From Escherichia coli (GTDB lineage Bacteria; Pseudomonadota; Gammaproteobacteria; Enterobacterales; Enterobacteriaceae), in assembly GCF_003334305.1 (NCBI RefSeq), contig NZ_QOWS01000003.1: 64,000 nt of DNA; one strand, written 5' to 3'. The translations under genes were made by a program, and so were the position numbers. The notes beneath the pieces are model-generated. The model was given only the letters and a program-made list of their open reading frames with translations, did no database searches and was not told where the DNA came from. Below are positions 38,078 through 47,995 of the stretch, in pieces; the first letter of the stretch is position 1; the number at the start of each line of letters is the position of its first letter.

Positions 38078-38091
38078 TTGATGTAGCTCAA
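38078..38091 (-). promoter_or_regulatory. candidate FNR site TTGATgtagCTCAA upstream of nrdDG
   Basis: One mismatch from the TTGAT-N4-ATCAA consensus; nrdDG is an anaerobically induced FNR-activated operon. Confidence 0.5.
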
Positions 38092-38189
38092 AGTAAAAAG
38101 CAGAGCGTACGGATGACGGGCGCTACAGCGTTATGTAAATTTTTTAATGAATTTGCTGGTTGAAAAATCAACAAAAACAACATGCTGAC

Positions 38190-38224
38190 AGACAAAACCC
38201 CGGAATGACAGGCATTCCCGGGGC
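38190..38224 (-). terminator. intrinsic terminator after treBC
   Basis: CCCCGGAATG...CATTCCGGGG hairpin followed by a U-run on the minus strand, just past the treC stop. Confidence 0.65.
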
Positions 38225-38235
38225 TTAGCGGATAC

Positions 38236-39891
38236 TTACTTCTGTAACCACCAGACAGCCTCAAAAGGCCGTAAAGTCATGGCACAGGGTTGTGGTGAGG
38301 CTTCTTCGTAGTTATGCATCACAAGCTGCCAGTTGCCGCGCATTTGCCCTGGCTGCCAGGGTTGGATCTCACGGCTAAGGTTGGCAATGACCAGCAAGGT
38401 TTGCCCCTTCCATTCACGGCGATAGCACCACAATACAGGGCTGTTTGGCAGCAGATCCTGGTAATTGCCCCATGTCAGGATGGCTTCTTGCTTACGCAGT
38501 GCGATTAACTTTTGGTAGGTGTAAAACACCGAGGAGTCATCGGCCAGCGCGGCTTCTACGTTGATTTGTTGATAGTTATCGCCCAGGCCAATCCACGGTT
38601 CGCCAGCCGTAAACCCGGCATTATCGCCGTTGCTCCATTGCATGGGCGTGCGGCTGTTGTCACGGGATTTACTGGCGAGGATTGCCAATAACTCGTCGGC
38701 ATCACGACCATCGTTGCGCAGCTCGGCAAACATATTGAGGCTCTCCACGTCGCGATAGTCAGTAATGCGCGTGAAATGCGGGTTGGTCATGCCAATCTCT
38801 TCGCCCTGGTAGATATACGGCGTTCCCTGCATGCCATGCAGCACCATCGCCAGCATTTTTGCCGCAGGCACGCGGTATTCACCTTCATCACCAAAGCGAG
38901 AAATAATGCGCGGCTGATCGTGGTTACACCAGAACAAGGCATTCCATGCCACGTTGTGCATTCCTTGTTGCCAGTGGCGGAACAATGTTTTCAACGCCAC
39001 AAAGTCAGGTTTAGCCAGCGTCCATTTTTCACCACCGGGATAATCGACCTTCAGGTGATGAAAATTAAAGGTCATCGACAATTCACTGCCTGTCAGTGCC
39101 GCGTATCGCTGGCAATGCTCAAGGCTGGTGGAGGACATTTCACCTACGGTCATTAACCCGCGTGGCGTAAACACATCGCGGTTCATCTCGTGCAAAAACT
39201 CGTGTGCTCGTGGCCCGTCGGTGTAAAAGCGACGCCCGTCGCCATCCAGGTCTTCAGGGAAACGCGGGTCTTTGGAGATCAGATTCACCACATCCAGGCG
39301 CAACCCGTCGACCCCACGATCGGCCCAGAATTCACAGACTTTTTTCAGCTCTGCGCGTACCGCTGGATTCTCCCAGTTGAGATCCGCCTGTTCTGGTGCA
39401 AAGAGATGCAAATAGTACTGTTCGCTTTCCGCATGCCAGCGCCACGCACTACCGCCAAATTTTGAACGCCAGTTGTTCGGTGGCGTTTCTGGTTCGCCAT
39501 CGCGCCAGATATAAAACTGGCGGTAAGGGCTTTCTTTGTTCAGCGCCTCGCGAAACCAGGCATGTTGGGTAGAGGTATGGTTAAACACCATATCAAGAAT
39601 GATACGAATCCCGCGCGATTTTGCCTGCGTCACCAGTTCGTCAAAATCGTCCAGCGTGCCGTAGGTGGGATCAATCGCCGTATAGTTCGCTACGTCGTAA
39701 CCGTTATCGACCTGGGGAGAGATATAAAAGGGGGTTAGCCAGATGGCATCAACGCCCAGTTTATGCAGATAGTCCAGGCGTTGGATAACGCCACGTAAAT
39801 CGCCGGTGCCGCTACCCGTGGTGTCCTGAAAACTCTTTGGATAAATCTGGTAGATAACGCCGTTTTGCCACCAGTGGGGAAGATTAGTCAT
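38236..39891 (-). CDS. treC: trehalose-6-phosphate hydrolase
   Basis: Protein MTNLPHWWQNGVIYQIYPKSF... (GH13 family); ATG 39889-39891; ORF-track start 40038 is an upstream extension. Confidence 0.95.
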   Translation of the reverse strand: MTNLPHWWQNGVIYQIYPKSFQDTTGSGTGDLRGVIQRLDYLHKLGVDAIWLTPFYISPQVDNGYDVANYTAIDPTYGTLDDFDELVTQAKSRGIRIILDMVFNHTSTQHAWFREALNKESPYRQFYIWRDGEPETPPNNWRSKFGGSAWRWHAESEQYYLHLFAPEQADLNWENPAVRAELKKVCEFWADRGVDGLRLDVVNLISKDPRFPEDLDGDGRRFYTDGPRAHEFLHEMNRDVFTPRGLMTVGEMSSTSLEHCQRYAALTGSELSMTFNFHHLKVDYPGGEKWTLAKPDFVALKTLFRHWQQGMHNVAWNALFWCNHDQPRIISRFGDEGEYRVPAAKMLAMVLHGMQGTPYIYQGEEIGMTNPHFTRITDYRDVESLNMFAELRNDGRDADELLAILASKSRDNSRTPMQWSNGDNAGFTAGEPWIGLGDNYQQINVEAALADDSSVFYTYQKLIALRKQEAILTWGNYQDLLPNSPVLWCYRREWKGQTLLVIANLSREIQPWQPGQMRGNWQLVMHNYEEASPQPCAMTLRPFEAVWWLQK

Positions 39892-39940
39892 TACGTTATT
39901 CCTGCAAATGCGAGGGGGCGCAATTGCGCCCCGAAGAAAA

Positions 39941-41362
39941 TTAAACAATATCCAGCGTGCCCAGGCGGTATTTCCGCTGATAGATAAACGAGGTGAGTAC
40001 AATCGGGATGATGATGGCGATAACCATTGCCAGCGCAAATACCTGCCAGTAGCTCGGTTGAATCGAGAGAATTCCCGGCAGGCCGCCTACGCCGATACCA
40101 TTCGCCATAACGCCGTTCAGGCCGCATAGTAATCCTGCCAGACCAGAACCAATCATCGCGCACAGCATCGGGAAGCGATATTTCAGGTTGATGCCGTACA
40201 TTGCAGGCTCAGTGACCCCAAGCCAGGCGGAGATAGCGGCAGGCACGGAGATCTCGCGTTCATTGTGCTTGCGGCTGGAAATGATAATGCCTATCACGGC
40301 GGAGCCCTGAGCGATATTCGACAGCGCAATCAGCGGCCACACTGGCGTGCCACCCATGCTTTGAATCATCTGCAAATCAATAGCAAGGGTGGTCTGGTGT
40401 ACGCCGGTGATCACCAGCGGCGCGTACAGGAAGCCAAACAATGCCGCACCAATCGGAGCAAAGCTGCCGGTCATCAGGTGACGTACCGCAAAGGCAACGC
40501 CATCGCCAATCATGCGACCAAACGGACCAATCAGCGCATGGGCGAGGAACACCGCGAGGATCAGCGAACAGACGGGCACCACCACCAGATAGAGGTAATC
40601 CGGTACGATGCGTTTAAGGCGAGTTTCAATAACGCCCAGCGCCAGCCCGGCTAACAGTGCCGGGATCACCTGCGCCTGATAGCCCACTTTGGCGATGCTG
40701 AACATGCCAAAGTCCCACACTTCCGGCAGCTGCTGCCCGAGCAGATAAGCGTTCATCAGCTGGGGGGAAACCAGTGTCACGCCAAGCACGATACCAAGGA
40801 TCGGCGTGCCGCCCATTTTTTTCACCGCTGACCAGCAAATCCCGACCGGCAGGTAGAAGAAGATCGCTTCACCGATCAACCACAGAAAATCGTAGATCGT
40901 TTGCAGGGAAGGGTACATTTGCGCCAGCGTTTGACCGTTGCTCATGGGCAAATCGCCGATCACATTACGAAAACCGAGGATCAAACCGCCGCTAATCAAC
41001 GCGGGCAGCAACGGGAAGAAGATCTCCGCGAAATGAGAGATCAACTGCTCATGCCATTTCATATTCTGCCGGGCGGCTTTTTTTACCTGCTCTTTATCAA
41101 CCTGCGCCTGTCCGGTTGACGCTATTAGTGCTTGATAGTAATCACCCACGTTGGTGCCAATCACCACCTGAAATTGCCCGGCATTGGTGAAACAGCCTTT
41201 CACCATGGGGAGTTGCTCAATTTCTTTCGGTCTGGCATTGGCCGGTTGGTTGAGGACAAAGCGCAGGCGAGTAATACAGTGGCTCACCGTCGCAATATTG
41301 CCGCGCCCGCCGACCAGTTCAATCAACCGATCGATATCCGTTTGGTTTATTTTGCTCATCAT
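39941..41362 (-). CDS. treB: PTS trehalose-specific EIIBC component
   Basis: 473-aa protein with N-terminal EIIB cysteine motif (VSHCITRLRF) and EIIC membrane domain. Confidence 0.95.
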   Translation of the reverse strand: MMSKINQTDIDRLIELVGGRGNIATVSHCITRLRFVLNQPANARPKEIEQLPMVKGCFTNAGQFQVVIGTNVGDYYQALIASTGQAQVDKEQVKKAARQNMKWHEQLISHFAEIFFPLLPALISGGLILGFRNVIGDLPMSNGQTLAQMYPSLQTIYDFLWLIGEAIFFYLPVGICWSAVKKMGGTPILGIVLGVTLVSPQLMNAYLLGQQLPEVWDFGMFSIAKVGYQAQVIPALLAGLALGVIETRLKRIVPDYLYLVVVPVCSLILAVFLAHALIGPFGRMIGDGVAFAVRHLMTGSFAPIGAALFGFLYAPLVITGVHQTTLAIDLQMIQSMGGTPVWPLIALSNIAQGSAVIGIIISSRKHNEREISVPAAISAWLGVTEPAMYGINLKYRFPMLCAMIGSGLAGLLCGLNGVMANGIGVGGLPGILSIQPSYWQVFALAMVIAIIIPIVLTSFIYQRKYRLGTLDIV

Positions 41363-41428
41363 AAAGCCCCATGGCAGATGACATTTTTGGTTGGCTGCAG
41401 AATATATTGCGCGGAAAAATTTAAAAAC

Positions 41429-41440
41429 GGGAACGTTCCC
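41429..41440. promoter_or_regulatory. perfect palindrome GGGAACGTTCCC in the treR/treB intergenic region; candidate TreR operator
   Basis: 12-bp perfect palindrome about 70 bp upstream of treB. Confidence 0.55.
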
Positions 41441-41480
41441 GAAACGCAGCGAAGATCACAATTTATCGTTCAGGAAACGA

Positions 41481-42428
41481 TCAGGACAGGGTGGCGGGGA
41501 TGATGATTTGTTGCGGTTCGCTGCGCCCGGTTACCTGTGCGATCAATTGGCAGGCCGCCTGGCGTCCAGCTTCGGCGTAGCCAGGATCTACGGTGACGAT
41601 CTCCGGATGAAGGAATTTCATTAACGGCGTATTACCGACGCTCGCCAGTTGCAAGGTGTCGATGCGTTGCTCTTGCAGGTATTTACTTGCGCCAAGAGCC
41701 AGAGTGTCGGTTGCGCACAGTAACGCGGTAGTTTCAGGCGTAATCACTTTTGCTACGTTTTCATAGCCTTGCTTCATAGCAAGCCCTGGCAGAGCGGCAA
41801 CGGGATGCAGTTTATGCGCTTTGCAGAACGCCAGGTAGGCTTCGTGACGTCGCTTCCCGGTCGTCACGTCACTATGCGGCACGCCGAGATAACTGATATT
41901 GCGATGCCCCTGGTCATAGAGCCGTTGCATCAGGATCTTGATTGCCCCTTCGTCGTCATAACAGACCGAAGCAAAGCCTTTTGCGTCACGCGCCAGCAGA
42001 ACCAGCGATGACTGCCAGTGGGCTAACATTTCTTCTGTTATGCCAGTAAAACCGAACAACACTACGCCGTCGATATTACGCCGTTTCAGCACCCCCAAAT
42101 GTTCGGCAACTAATTGCGGGGAAAACTGACTTTCCATCATGATTGGGTCGTAACCTTGTTCATAGAACGCTGGCAGCATGGTTTGAACAGCGAGATTTTC
42201 TGACAACGAATCCAGGCGGGTAACAATGATGGCGACCACTTTATCGCTTTGCCCACGCATAGCGCGCGCAGAGCGGGAAGGGGAAAATCCATGCTGATTC
42301 ATCACTGCTTCAACACGCTCGCGGGTGCGCTGGCTCACGCCGCTTTCGTTATTCAGCACCCGGGAAACCGTAGATTTCCCCACGCCGCTTAAGCGCGCGA
42401 TGTCTTTGATGGTCAGCCGATTTTGCAT
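41481..42428 (-). CDS. treR: trehalose operon repressor (LacI family)
   Basis: 315-aa protein with N-terminal LacI-type HTH (MQNRLTIKDIARLSGVGKSTVSRVLNN). Confidence 0.95.
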   Translation of the reverse strand: MQNRLTIKDIARLSGVGKSTVSRVLNNESGVSQRTRERVEAVMNQHGFSPSRSARAMRGQSDKVVAIIVTRLDSLSENLAVQTMLPAFYEQGYDPIMMESQFSPQLVAEHLGVLKRRNIDGVVLFGFTGITEEMLAHWQSSLVLLARDAKGFASVCYDDEGAIKILMQRLYDQGHRNISYLGVPHSDVTTGKRRHEAYLAFCKAHKLHPVAALPGLAMKQGYENVAKVITPETTALLCATDTLALGASKYLQEQRIDTLQLASVGNTPLMKFLHPEIVTVDPGYAEAGRQAACQLIAQVTGRSEPQQIIIPATLS

Positions 42429-42502
42429 CCTGTTGTCCTGTAACGTGTTGTTTAATTATTTGAGCCTAACTTTACCCGTGCATTCAGCAATGGGTAAAGT
42501 CT

Positions 42503-42519
42503 GGTTTATCGTTGGTTTA
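42503..42519 (+). promoter_or_regulatory. PhoP box (GGTTTA-N5-GGTTTA direct repeat) of the mgtA promoter
   Basis: Perfect hexamer direct repeat with 5-nt spacer followed by a TATTAT -10-like element, about 95 bp upstream of mgtL. Confidence 0.75.
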
Positions 42520-42539
42520 GTTGCCAGCAGGTATTATAT

Positions 42540-42806
42540 CGCCATAGATGCTACGAATATTATTGGATTCTCCTTATTATTTGCGGCGCTTTTTTCACTT
42601 ACCGGAGGTTATATGGAACCTGATCCCACGCCTCTCCCTCGACGGAGATTAAAACTTTTCCGGTAAGCCCGTCTTTTCACGGCGTTACCGGATGCGTAAG
42701 GCCGTGACGTTTTAACGTCCCTGCTCAGCTTTATTACCTTCAGGTAAGGCTTCGCCACGCCTGAAGACATTTCTGTACTGTTTCAGACAGTGCGGAGGGA
42801 CTCCTT
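42540..42806 (+). promoter_or_regulatory. mgtA 5' leader (Mg2+/proline-responsive attenuation region containing mgtL)
   Basis: About 265-nt untranslated leader between the PhoP-dependent promoter and the mgtA start, containing the proline-rich leader ORF. Confidence 0.7.
42613..42666 (+). CDS. mgtL: mgtA leader peptide MgtL (17 aa, proline-rich)
   Basis: ATG 42613 to TAA 42664-42666 encodes [17 protein letters not shown] inside the mgtA 5' leader. Confidence 0.8.
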
Positions 42807-45503
42807 ATGTTTAAAGAAATTTTTACCCGGCTCATTCGCCATTTACCTTCCCGTCTGGTTCATCGCGATCCATTGCCTGGCGCGCAGCAGACAGTGAATA
42901 CGGCGGTCCCGCCGTCCTTAAGTGCGCATTGCCTGAAAATGGCGGTGATGCCCGAAGAAGAATTATGGAAAACGTTCGACACCCATCCGGAAGGGTTAAA
43001 TCAGGCGGAAGTGGAATCTGCCCGCGAACAACATGGTGAAAATAAATTACCCGCACAACAACCGTCGCCGTGGTGGGTACATTTATGGGTCTGCTATCGC
43101 AACCCCTTTAATATTTTACTCACCATTCTCGGCGCTATTTCTTACGCCACGGAAGATTTATTTGCCGCGGGCGTTATTGCGCTAATGGTCGCTATTTCAA
43201 CGTTACTGAACTTTATTCAGGAAGCACGTTCCACTAAAGCGGCAGATGCCCTGAAAGCGATGGTCAGCAATACCGCGACGGTGCTGCGCGTAATTAACGA
43301 CAAAGGCGAAAATGGCTGGCTGGAGATCCCGATCGACCAGCTGGTGCCCGGCGATATTATAAAACTGGCGGCGGGAGATATGATCCCGGCAGATTTACGT
43401 ATCTTGCAGGCGCGGGATCTGTTCGTCGCTCAGGCGTCGTTAACCGGTGAGTCTCTGCCCGTGGAAAAAGCCGCTACCACTCGCCAGCCGGAGCACAGCA
43501 ATCCGCTGGAGTGCGACACGCTGTGTTTTATGGGCACCACCGTGGTGAGCGGCACGGCACAAGCAATGGTGATTGCTACAGGTGCCAATACCTGGTTTGG
43601 TCAACTGGCGGGGCGTGTTAGTGAGCAGGAAAGCGAGCCGAATGCCTTTCAGCAGGGGATCAGCCGCGTCAGTATGCTGCTGATTCGCTTTATGCTGGTG
43701 ATGGCTCCGGTGGTGTTGCTTATCAACGGTTACACCAAAGGCGACTGGTGGGAAGCGGCACTGTTTGCGCTTTCGGTCGCGGTAGGCTTAACGCCGGAAA
43801 TGTTGCCGATGATTGTTACCTCGACGCTGGCGCGCGGCGCAGTAAAGCTGTCGAAACAGAAAGTGATCGTCAAACATCTGGATGCTATTCAGAACTTTGG
43901 CGCAATGGATATTCTGTGCACTGATAAAACTGGCACCCTGACACAGGACAAAATTGTGCTGGAGAATCATACCGATATCTCCGGTAAAACCAGCGAACGC
44001 GTGCTGCATAGCGCGTGGTTGAACAGTCATTATCAGACCGGACTTAAAAACCTGCTCGATACAGCGGTGCTCGAAGGTACGGATGAAGAGTCAGCGCGCT
44101 CGCTGGCCAGTCGTTGGCAAAAAATTGATGAGATTCCGTTTGATTTCGAGCGTCGCCGGATGTCGGTGGTAGTGGCAGAAAATACCGAGCACCATCAGCT
44201 GGTTTGCAAAGGTGCATTGCAGGAAATCCTCAATGTGTGTTCGCAGGTGCGTCACAATGGCGAGATTGTGCCGCTCGATGACATCATGCTGCGTAAGATT
44301 AAGCGGGTTACTGATACGCTGAATCGTCAGGGGCTGCGCGTGGTTGCGGTGGCGACGAAATACCTGCCAGCGCGTGAAGGAGATTACCAGCGGGCGGATG
44401 AATCCGACCTGATCCTCGAAGGATATATTGCTTTCCTTGATCCGCCAAAAGAGACAACCGCTCCGGCACTGAAGGCATTAAAAGCGAGTGGCATTACCGT
44501 AAAAATCCTTACTGGCGACAGTGAGTTAGTTGCAGCGAAAGTGTGCCATGAAGTGGGGCTGGACGCGGGAGAGGTGGTCATTGGTAGTGATATTGAAACG
44601 CTATCTGACGACGAACTGGCAAATCTTGCACAGCGCACCACGCTGTTTGCCCGCCTGACGCCGATGCATAAAGAACGCATTGTGACCTTACTGAAGCGCG
44701 AAGGGCATGTGGTTGGCTTTATGGGCGATGGTATTAATGATGCGCCCGCCTTACGCGCTGCGGATATCGGCATTTCTGTGGACGGCGCGGTAGATATTGC
44801 CCGTGAAGCGGCTGATATCATCCTGCTGGAAAAAAGCCTGATGGTGCTGGAAGAGGGGGTTATTGAAGGACGTCGCACTTTCGCCAACATGCTGAAATAC
44901 ATCAAAATGACGGCGAGCTCCAACTTCGGTAATGTGTTCAGCGTGCTGGTGGCGAGTGCTTTCTTGCCCTTCCTGCCGATGTTGCCGTTACACTTGCTTA
45001 TTCAGAACCTGCTGTATGATGTGTCACAGGTGGCGATCCCGTTTGATAACGTCGACGACGAGCAAATTCAAAAGCCGCAGCGTTGGAATCCGGCGGATCT
45101 GGGGCGCTTTATGATCTTCTTCGGACCGATCAGCTCGATCTTCGATATTCTGACGTTTTGCCTGATGTGGTGGGTATTCCATGCCAACACGCCGGAAACG
45201 CAAACGCTGTTCCAGTCGGGATGGTTTGTGGTGGGCTTACTGTCGCAAACGCTGATTGTGCATATGATCCGCACCCGCCGTGTGCCGTTTATTCAGAGCT
45301 GTGCATCGTGGCCGTTAATGATCATGACCGTGATCGTGATGATTGTCGGGATCGCATTGCCGTTTTCACCGCTGGCCAGTTATCTGCAGCTGCAGGCGCT
45401 GCCGTTAAGCTATTTCCCGTGGCTGGTTGCGATTCTGGCAGGGTATATGACATTAACTCAGTTGGTGAAAGGATTTTATAGCCGTCGTTACGGCTGGCAG
45501 TAA
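42807..45503 (+). CDS. mgtA: Mg2+-importing P-type ATPase
   Basis: 898-aa protein with P-type ATPase DKTGTLT phosphorylation motif; N-terminus MFKEIFTRLIRHLPSRL... Confidence 0.97.
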   Translation: MFKEIFTRLIRHLPSRLVHRDPLPGAQQTVNTAVPPSLSAHCLKMAVMPEEELWKTFDTHPEGLNQAEVESAREQHGENKLPAQQPSPWWVHLWVCYRNPFNILLTILGAISYATEDLFAAGVIALMVAISTLLNFIQEARSTKAADALKAMVSNTATVLRVINDKGENGWLEIPIDQLVPGDIIKLAAGDMIPADLRILQARDLFVAQASLTGESLPVEKAATTRQPEHSNPLECDTLCFMGTTVVSGTAQAMVIATGANTWFGQLAGRVSEQESEPNAFQQGISRVSMLLIRFMLVMAPVVLLINGYTKGDWWEAALFALSVAVGLTPEMLPMIVTSTLARGAVKLSKQKVIVKHLDAIQNFGAMDILCTDKTGTLTQDKIVLENHTDISGKTSERVLHSAWLNSHYQTGLKNLLDTAVLEGTDEESARSLASRWQKIDEIPFDFERRRMSVVVAENTEHHQLVCKGALQEILNVCSQVRHNGEIVPLDDIMLRKIKRVTDTLNRQGLRVVAVATKYLPAREGDYQRADESDLILEGYIAFLDPPKETTAPALKALKASGITVKILTGDSELVAAKVCHEVGLDAGEVVIGSDIETLSDDELANLAQRTTLFARLTPMHKERIVTLLKREGHVVGFMGDGINDAPALRAADIGISVDGAVDIAREAADIILLEKSLMVLEEGVIEGRRTFANMLKYIKMTASSNFGNVFSVLVASAFLPFLPMLPLHLLIQNLLYDVSQVAIPFDNVDDEQIQKPQRWNPADLGRFMIFFGPISSIFDILTFCLMWWVFHANTPETQTLFQSGWFVVGLLSQTLIVHMIRTRRVPFIQSCASWPLMIMTVIVMIVGIALPFSPLASYLQLQALPLSYFPWLVAILAGYMTLTQLVKGFYSRRYGWQ

Positions 45504-45561
45504 AGAATAAACTGGGCACGATAGCCCCGATTCAGATTGCAGACAAAGTAAGCTTTGTTCA

Positions 45562-45655
45562 TGCCGGATGCGGCGTAAATGCCTTATCCGGCCAACAAAT
45601 TCAATAAATTGCAGGAATCACGTAGGCCTGATAAGCGTAGCGTATCAGGCGATTT
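45562..45655. repeat. REP/BIME cluster between mgtA and ridA
   Basis: GCCGGATGCGGCGTAAATGCCTTATCCGGCC and GTAGGCCTGATAAGCG units. Confidence 0.8.
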
Positions 45656-45708
45656 TGCGTTTGTCATCAGACTTAATCCGGGCATGATAGCCCGGATTTC
45701 CATCAAGA

Positions 45709-46095
45709 TTAGCGACGAACAGCGATCGCTTCGATCTCAATCTTCACGTCTTTCGGCAGACGGGCAACTTCAACGCAAGAACGTGCCGGGAAGGTGGCAT
45801 TGTGTTCGGTGAAGAAGGCTTCGTAGGTAGCATTAACGGTTGCGAAGTCGTTCAGATCTTTCACAAACACGGTGGTTTTAACGATGTCGCCCACTTTCAG
45901 GCCTGCGGCTTCGACGATCGCTTTTACGTTATCCAGCGACTGACGTGCCTGTGCAGCGACGTCTGCCGGTACTTCACCCGTTTTCGGATTTACCGGGATC
46001 TGACCGGAGGTGATGATCATATTGCCCAGATCAACGCCCTGTACGTAAGGACCGATAGCTGCCGGTGCATTTTCCGTCGCGATAGTTTTGCTCAT
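45709..46095 (-). CDS. ridA: 2-iminobutanoate/2-iminopropanoate deaminase (YjgF/RidA)
   Basis: Protein MSKTIATENAPAAIGPYVQG... (128 aa); ORF-track start 46167 is an upstream extension. Confidence 0.95.
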   Translation of the reverse strand: MSKTIATENAPAAIGPYVQGVDLGNMIITSGQIPVNPKTGEVPADVAAQARQSLDNVKAIVEAAGLKVGDIVKTTVFVKDLNDFATVNATYEAFFTEHNATFPARSCVEVARLPKDVKIEIEAIAVRR

Positions 46096-46167
46096 GATTT
46101 CTCCTTTATTACAGCGGTAAAAAGTCTGGCTCATTATAGGGAGCCAGACTTTTATTACCAACCGCAA

Positions 46168-46629
46168 TTAATTGGCCAGCACCACATTATGGGAAAACTC
46201 TTTTTCACAGTATTTGCATTTGAGCGCGATGTCATTGGCGCGTTTTCGCACGGCAAAGCTGGAAGAAACCGGTTCGGCATGGCTGATACAGTTGCTGTTC
46301 GGGCAGACCAGCACATTGTCGATGCGCTCTGGCAGACTGGGGCGCGATTTACCCACCACTTCATAGTTGTCGATACGGTTAACCGTGGCTTGCGGCGCAT
46401 ACAATGCCAGTTGATCTACCTGATCTTCACTCAAAAAGGTATTTTCGATTTTGATCAGATCTTTGCGGCCCATCTCGCCAGAAGGCAAGTTCAGACCGAT
46501 GGTGATGCGCTGATCCGTTTCGGTCAGCTTGAACAGACTCAACAGCTTAAAACCGATCTGGGCGGGGATATGGTCAATTACCGTGCCGCGTTTAATAGCT
46601 TCAACCTGCAATTTATTATCGTGTGTCAT
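46168..46629 (-). CDS. pyrI: aspartate carbamoyltransferase regulatory subunit
   Basis: 153-aa protein with C-terminal Zn-binding cysteines (CPNSNC...CKYCEKEF). Confidence 0.97.
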
Positions 46630-46641
46630 CTCTATTTCCCC

Positions 46642-47577
46642 TTACAGTACCAGATCGCGATTCAGAACCAGTGCCAGTAACGCCTGGCGAGCGAAAATCC
46701 CGTTGCCTGCCTGCTGGAAGTACCAGGCGTGTGGCGTTTTATCAACATCCGTCGCAATCTCATCAACACGCGGCAGCGGATGCAGCACTTTCATATTGGC
46801 TTTGGCGTTGTGGAGATCGCTGGCGCGAAGAACAAACTGCGCTTTCACGTTGGCGTACTCGGACGGGTCCAGACGCTCTTTTTGCACGCGGGTCATGTAC
46901 AGGATGTCTACTTCCGCCATCACTTCTTCAATAGAGCTGTGCAGACTCCATGCGATCCCTTTTTCATCGAGCATATCCAGAATGTATTGCGGCATTGCCA
47001 GCGCGTCCGGCGCGATGAAGTAAAAACGGTTGCCGTCGAACTTCGCTAACGCCTGAGTCAGGGAGTGAACGGTGCGGCCATATTTCAGGTCACCAACCAT
47101 TGCGACGTGGAGATTGTCCAGACGCCCCTGGGTTTCCTGAATAGTGAATAAGTCCAGCAAGGTTTGCGTCGGATGTTGGTTGGAGCCATCACCGGCATTC
47201 AGTACCGGTACATTGCCGGAAAACTCGGTGGCCAGGCGCGCCGCACCTTCCTGCGGATGACGCATCACTATCGCATCGACGTAAGTGCTGATAACCGAAA
47301 TGGTATCGGCCAGCGTTTCGCCCTTTTTACCCAGTGATGTATTGGCGCTGTCGGAGAAGCCCACCACGCTGGCACCCAGGCGGTGCATAGATGTTTCGAA
47401 AGAGAGGCGGGTACGGGTAGAGGCTTCGAAGAAACAGCTGGCAATGACTTTGTGCTTCAACAGCTCTGGTTGCGGGTTTGCTTTCAGTTTCGCCGCTGTC
47501 GCCAGCACCAGATTAAGGTCATCGCGACTAAGGTCGTTTATGGAAATGATATGTTTCTGATATAGCGGATTAGCCAT
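46642..47577 (-). CDS. pyrB: aspartate carbamoyltransferase catalytic subunit
   Basis: 311-aa protein [25 protein letters not shown]... with STRTR motif. Confidence 0.97.
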
Positions 47578-47580
47578 CTT

Positions 47581-47715
47581 TTATCTCCTGACGCCTGGGC
47601 AAAAAAAAGCCCCTCGATTGAGGGGCTGGGAATGGGTGATCAACGGGAAGAAAAACGGCAGGCCAGCGTCTTTTTTCAGACGCGGTAAGACAAAATGTCG
47701 AACACACTGAACCAT
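47581..47715 (-). CDS. pyrL: pyrBI operon leader peptide (44 aa)
   Basis: ORF MVQCVRHFVLPRLKKDAGLPFFFPLITHSQPLNRGAFFCPGVRR spans the attenuator hairpin and ends 3 nt before pyrB. Confidence 0.85.
   Translation of the reverse strand: MVQCVRHFVLPRLKKDAGLPFFFPLITHSQPLNRGAFFCPGVRR
47601..47628 (-). terminator. pyrBI attenuator: intrinsic terminator hairpin within pyrL
   Basis: On the minus strand GCCCCTCAATCGAGGGGC hairpin followed by an 8-U run, inside the leader-peptide ORF just upstream of pyrB. Confidence 0.85.
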
Positions 47716-47995
47716 ACATCCTCCCGGCAAATTGTCCGGCATTATACTCATCGTCAGAAGCGGTGCAAGCATTTGATGCAATATTTTGTCAGCGCAAACG
47801 GTTTATTTGAATTATAAGTCAAAATGCATGCATTTTTATTTGTTGTGATTCTGCAGGGGAACGGTCGTTCGGTATCAATAATTGCAGACATTTCCTGCTT
47901 TTTTCTTTTTCACTTTCACGCAATCAGATATGCATTTTATTCCATTCATCCGACTTATAGGGCGGAGTGTGAAAACGAACGGCTAACACTATTGC

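Noticed and set aside
42325-42666. 113-aa ORF covering the mgtA leader
   Set aside because: Only its last 17 codons correspond to the known leader peptide mgtL; the rest overlaps the treR start region and promoter and is spurious.
45802-46680. 292-aa plus-strand ORF spanning ridA and pyrI on the opposite strand
   Set aside because: Overlaps two well-recognised genes antisense; spurious.
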